A DNA stretch of 64,000 nt. Source: Malacoraja senta. Lineage: Eukaryota. The notes beneath the pieces were generated by a model. It was not told where the DNA came from and did no database searches. It worked only from the letters and a program-made list of their open reading frames with translations. The position numbers and the translations under genes were made by a program. The stretch covers positions 4,342,001 to 4,406,000 of the forward strand of contig CM075995.1 of the NCBI GenBank assembly GCA_038087875.1, read 5' to 3'. Of this stretch, positions 60,764 to 64,000 are shown in pieces (position 1 is the first letter of the stretch; each line of letters starts with the position of its first letter).

Positions 60764-63700
60764 CAGGGCTCTCACTTAACTATTTTTCCCTGTTGCCAGC
60801 CGGGCAACCAAGGCAGCTTTTTAGGTTGCCAAATGACAGTTTAGGTGGTCATTTAAAACAGTTTGCATGACGCGTGCGATAATGTGCTCGGACGAAGTCC
60901 GTAGTTACCAGTCGGAAATATGCTCAATGAAGCATTCACATATTATTTCTGCTTCAAATAAAGTCACAAACTAAACATATTCACCAATCAAGACATGATA
61001 TATACCGCAATGACATGCAGCAAAATTATAATACAATATCTCAACTCTTTTTACACATTGCAATTAATGCAATTTCTATTAGTTCTTTCCACTTCCAAAC
61101 AAAAATGTGGTTGGATTATTCAGCGTATGATCAACCTGTGACAATAAATCCTGGACCATGGTAACATATATGCTTAACCATTCACACTATAGATTGATGC
61201 AAGCATGTTTTCTGTGAAGGACCGAAAATGACCATGACATGGCCATAGTATGGGTCGTTATTGCTATTGGCACAGAAACACTCTCGCTTCCCACATAATT
61301 TATCCATAACAGAATATACAGGTTGGATGGAACTTTCTAAAGGCATTTTATGATTATAGCTGTTAAAACTGACCATACCCATCTGACAGGTTAATCTGCA
61401 TTACACTAACTGACAAGAGATGTCCAAAGGACATAACTGCAGTTATGGTAATATGTTTAATGGTGTCAAAATGCCACATTACCAGACATTCAGATTAGAT
61501 GTATGTGTTATGAACAGCAATGAAGATACCCAGTTTGTACGCACCAGATTTTTTTAAAAACTATTGATAAACGCTGTTTCCATCATTCCCACTTCAGAAT
61601 TAACATTACAATTTAAACTGAAATATCTCCTGATCAAATTCGTGATGTATATGACCGACTGTAGAAATAAAACCTGGATAAATCCAGCGTATAGTTGTGA
61701 ATGTTGCTCATTAAATAACTACAGTACTGATACTCCATATTAAGAGCATGGATTTGCCGTTAAAATGTAATAACATGTCAACGGTAGCAGTGACAATCGA
61801 ACACTGCGGTTTTAATGTTTCACGTGTTCACAATTTAATTAATCCATCTTTATGGACTAAAACAAATAATAACATTGGGAATTAAAACACATTTGATTGC
61901 ATTCCATTATCAAACATAGTCAATGTTCGCTCTGAAGACATTTCCAGCACAAAAGGTCAGGGAGGGGGTTGGGTGTGTGTGAATCAGTGCGGGGTGGATA
62001 GATGGCAGGGGGGGGGGGGGTTAAGAAGGCAATCGGTGCGGAATGGATGGATTGAGGCAGGTGAATTAGTACGTGTTGGTTGGAGTATGTAAAATTGTAA
62101 GGGGAGAGCACGGGGGATATCAGTGGTTTTGAATGGGGGGATCTGTACGGGATCGATGGGGGGGGATCAGTACAGGATGAATGGGAGAATCAGTACCAGG
62201 ATGAATGGGGGTAGACAAAAATGCTGGAGAAACTCAGCAGGTGAGGCATCATCTATGGAGCGAAGGAAATAGGCAACGTTTTGGGTCGAGACCCTTCTTC
62301 AGACTGTTCCCCCATTCTTCTTGAATGGGGGGATCAGTACAGGATGGATAGGGGGGGGTCAGTGCAGGATGAATTGGGGGGTCAGTACAGGATGAATGGG
62401 AAGATCACTACAGGATGGATGGGAAGATCACTACAGGATGGATGGGGGGATCGATGCAGGATAAATGGAGGGCGGATCAGTACAGGTTGAATGGAGGGTG
62501 GGTCAGTACAGGATGAATGGGGGGCCAATAGACAATAGACAATAAACAATAGACAATAGACAATAGACAATAGGTGCAGGAGTAGGCCATTTGGCCCTAG
62601 ATGATGCCTCACCTGCTGAGTTTCTCCAGCATTTTTGTCTAATCCCATTCATCCTGGTACTGATTCTCCCATTCATCCTGTACTGATCCCCCCCCATCAT
62701 GGCTGATCATCCACAATCAGTACCCCATTCCTGCCTTCTCCCCATATCCCCTGACTCCGCTATTTTTAAGAGCCCTATCTAGCTCTCTCTTGAAAGCATC
62801 CAGAGAACCTGCCTCCACCGCCCTCTGAGGCAGAGAATTCCACAGACTCACCACTCTCTGTGAGAAAAAGTGTTTCCTCGTCTCCGTTCTAAATGGCTTA
62901 CTCCTTATTCTTAAACTGTGGCCCCTGGTTCTGGACTCCCCCAACATCGGGACATGTTTCCTGCCTCTAGTGTGTCCAAGCCCTTAACAATCTTATATCT
63001 TTCAAACAGGATGGATCAGTACAGGATGGATGGGGGTCAGTTCAGGATGGATGGGGTAGCAGTGCAGGATGAATGGGGGAGATCAGTGCAGGATGGATGG
63101 GAAGGGGGGTCAGTACAGGATGAATTGGGGGACCAGTGTAGGATGGATGGGGGTGGCAGGAGAATCAATGCGAGGTGGATAGGGTGATCAGTGCAGGATG
63201 AATAGATTGTTGGGGGGGGGGGGCGTATATGGGGAGGGGAGAACAGGGGATGTCAGTGAGGACTGAATAGAGGCGGGAATGGGGATCAGTGCGGGATGGA
63301 GAGGAGGGGTCTCCGGATAAGAGGGGTGGAGGGGGCATACAAGAGAGAGAGAGAGAGAGAGGGGGTGAGGTGGGGAGGAAGGAAGGTCAGCGCTCCACGG
63401 ACAACATCGCTGCCTTGGCCGTCCCTGTCCACCGCCAAGTGCCGCCGCCAAAGGGGGAGGCGGTTGGGATCTCCTCGCCACCGCCTCCCCTCCTCCGCCA
63501 GCCAACAGCAAGGTGCGGGGCCGAGCGGTGCAGCTCAAAGATCCTATAGCTATAGGATCTTTGGTGCAGCTGCTTCAGACGGCGGAAGGAGGCCTCCCCC
63601 TCCCTCCCTCGGTGTGCGAGAGGGTTTGGTTTGTTTGGTTATCGCCGTTAGGGGATTTGCAAGCAGCGGCCGCTATCAGGACGGGCGGGGTGCGGCAGGA

Positions 63701-63992
63701 GGAGGAGGTGGAGCCGCTATCGCGGCTGCTGCTGCCGCTGTGCGGGGCCCGTCATTCGCTCCGACCCTTCGTCACCCCGCACCTAGAAACTTTGCCCCGC
63801 ACACGAAACGTCACGTTCCTTTTCTCCAGAGATGCTGCCTGACCCGCTGAGTTACTCCAGTTTTTTGTGTCTATCTTCGGTATAAACCAGTATCTGCAGT
63901 GCCAAGCCGGGCAAAATGACTCGGCGTTTAGGTTGCCCGGCGGCACTTTGGGTGGTCATTGGCACCCGGGCAACCGCTAATTTCGAGCCCTG
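60764..63992 (-). mobile_element. Non-autonomous hAT-like DNA element, copy 2 (both ends present, ~3.2 kb)
   Basis: Ends CAGGGCTC...GAGCCCTG; contains a ~22-bp GGATG(A/G)ATGGGGGGATCAGTACA minisatellite (62140-63200) and a nested CR1 3' fragment (62528-63005). No matching TSD. Confidence 0.75.
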
Positions 63993-64000
63993 GACGCCGT

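Noticed and set aside
48760..63992. A single composite transposon already mobilised as a 15-kb unit
   Set aside because: Outer flanks (GGGCAGAG vs GACGCCGT) are not a TSD, and the CR1 host continues across copy 1.

Overview
Eukaryotic, repeat-dense intronic DNA. The repeat repertoire (HE1/V-type SINEs, CR1, Penelope-like pLTRs) suggests a cartilaginous fish, probably a skate; this is inference. The only host coding sequence I can support is three minus-strand exons (77, 132, 147 bp) of a doublecortin-domain gene, most likely DCDC2. The upstream exons were not found and probably lie beyond 64000. Nearly everything else is transposable element. There are two DIRS1-type tyrosine-recombinase retrotransposons with complete terminal repeat/ICR architecture and a full-length Tc1 (DD34E, IR/DR) with an open 340-aa transposase. 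There are also non-autonomous hAT-like and Harbinger-like elements, Penelope-like fragments with minimal hammerhead-ribozyme motifs, many CR1/Rex1/L2/L1 LINE pieces (often nested), an RTE-derived short element, a Gypsy integrase fragment and about 11 tRNA-derived SINEs. A 200-N gap lies at 47727-47926. No prokaryote-type system (CRISPR, operon) is present, and I found no clearly novel system. The most notable items are the intact Tc1, the DIRS terminal/ICR co-variation, the hammerhead motifs and several large fold-back structures. Family assignments come from recalled motifs, not database searches.
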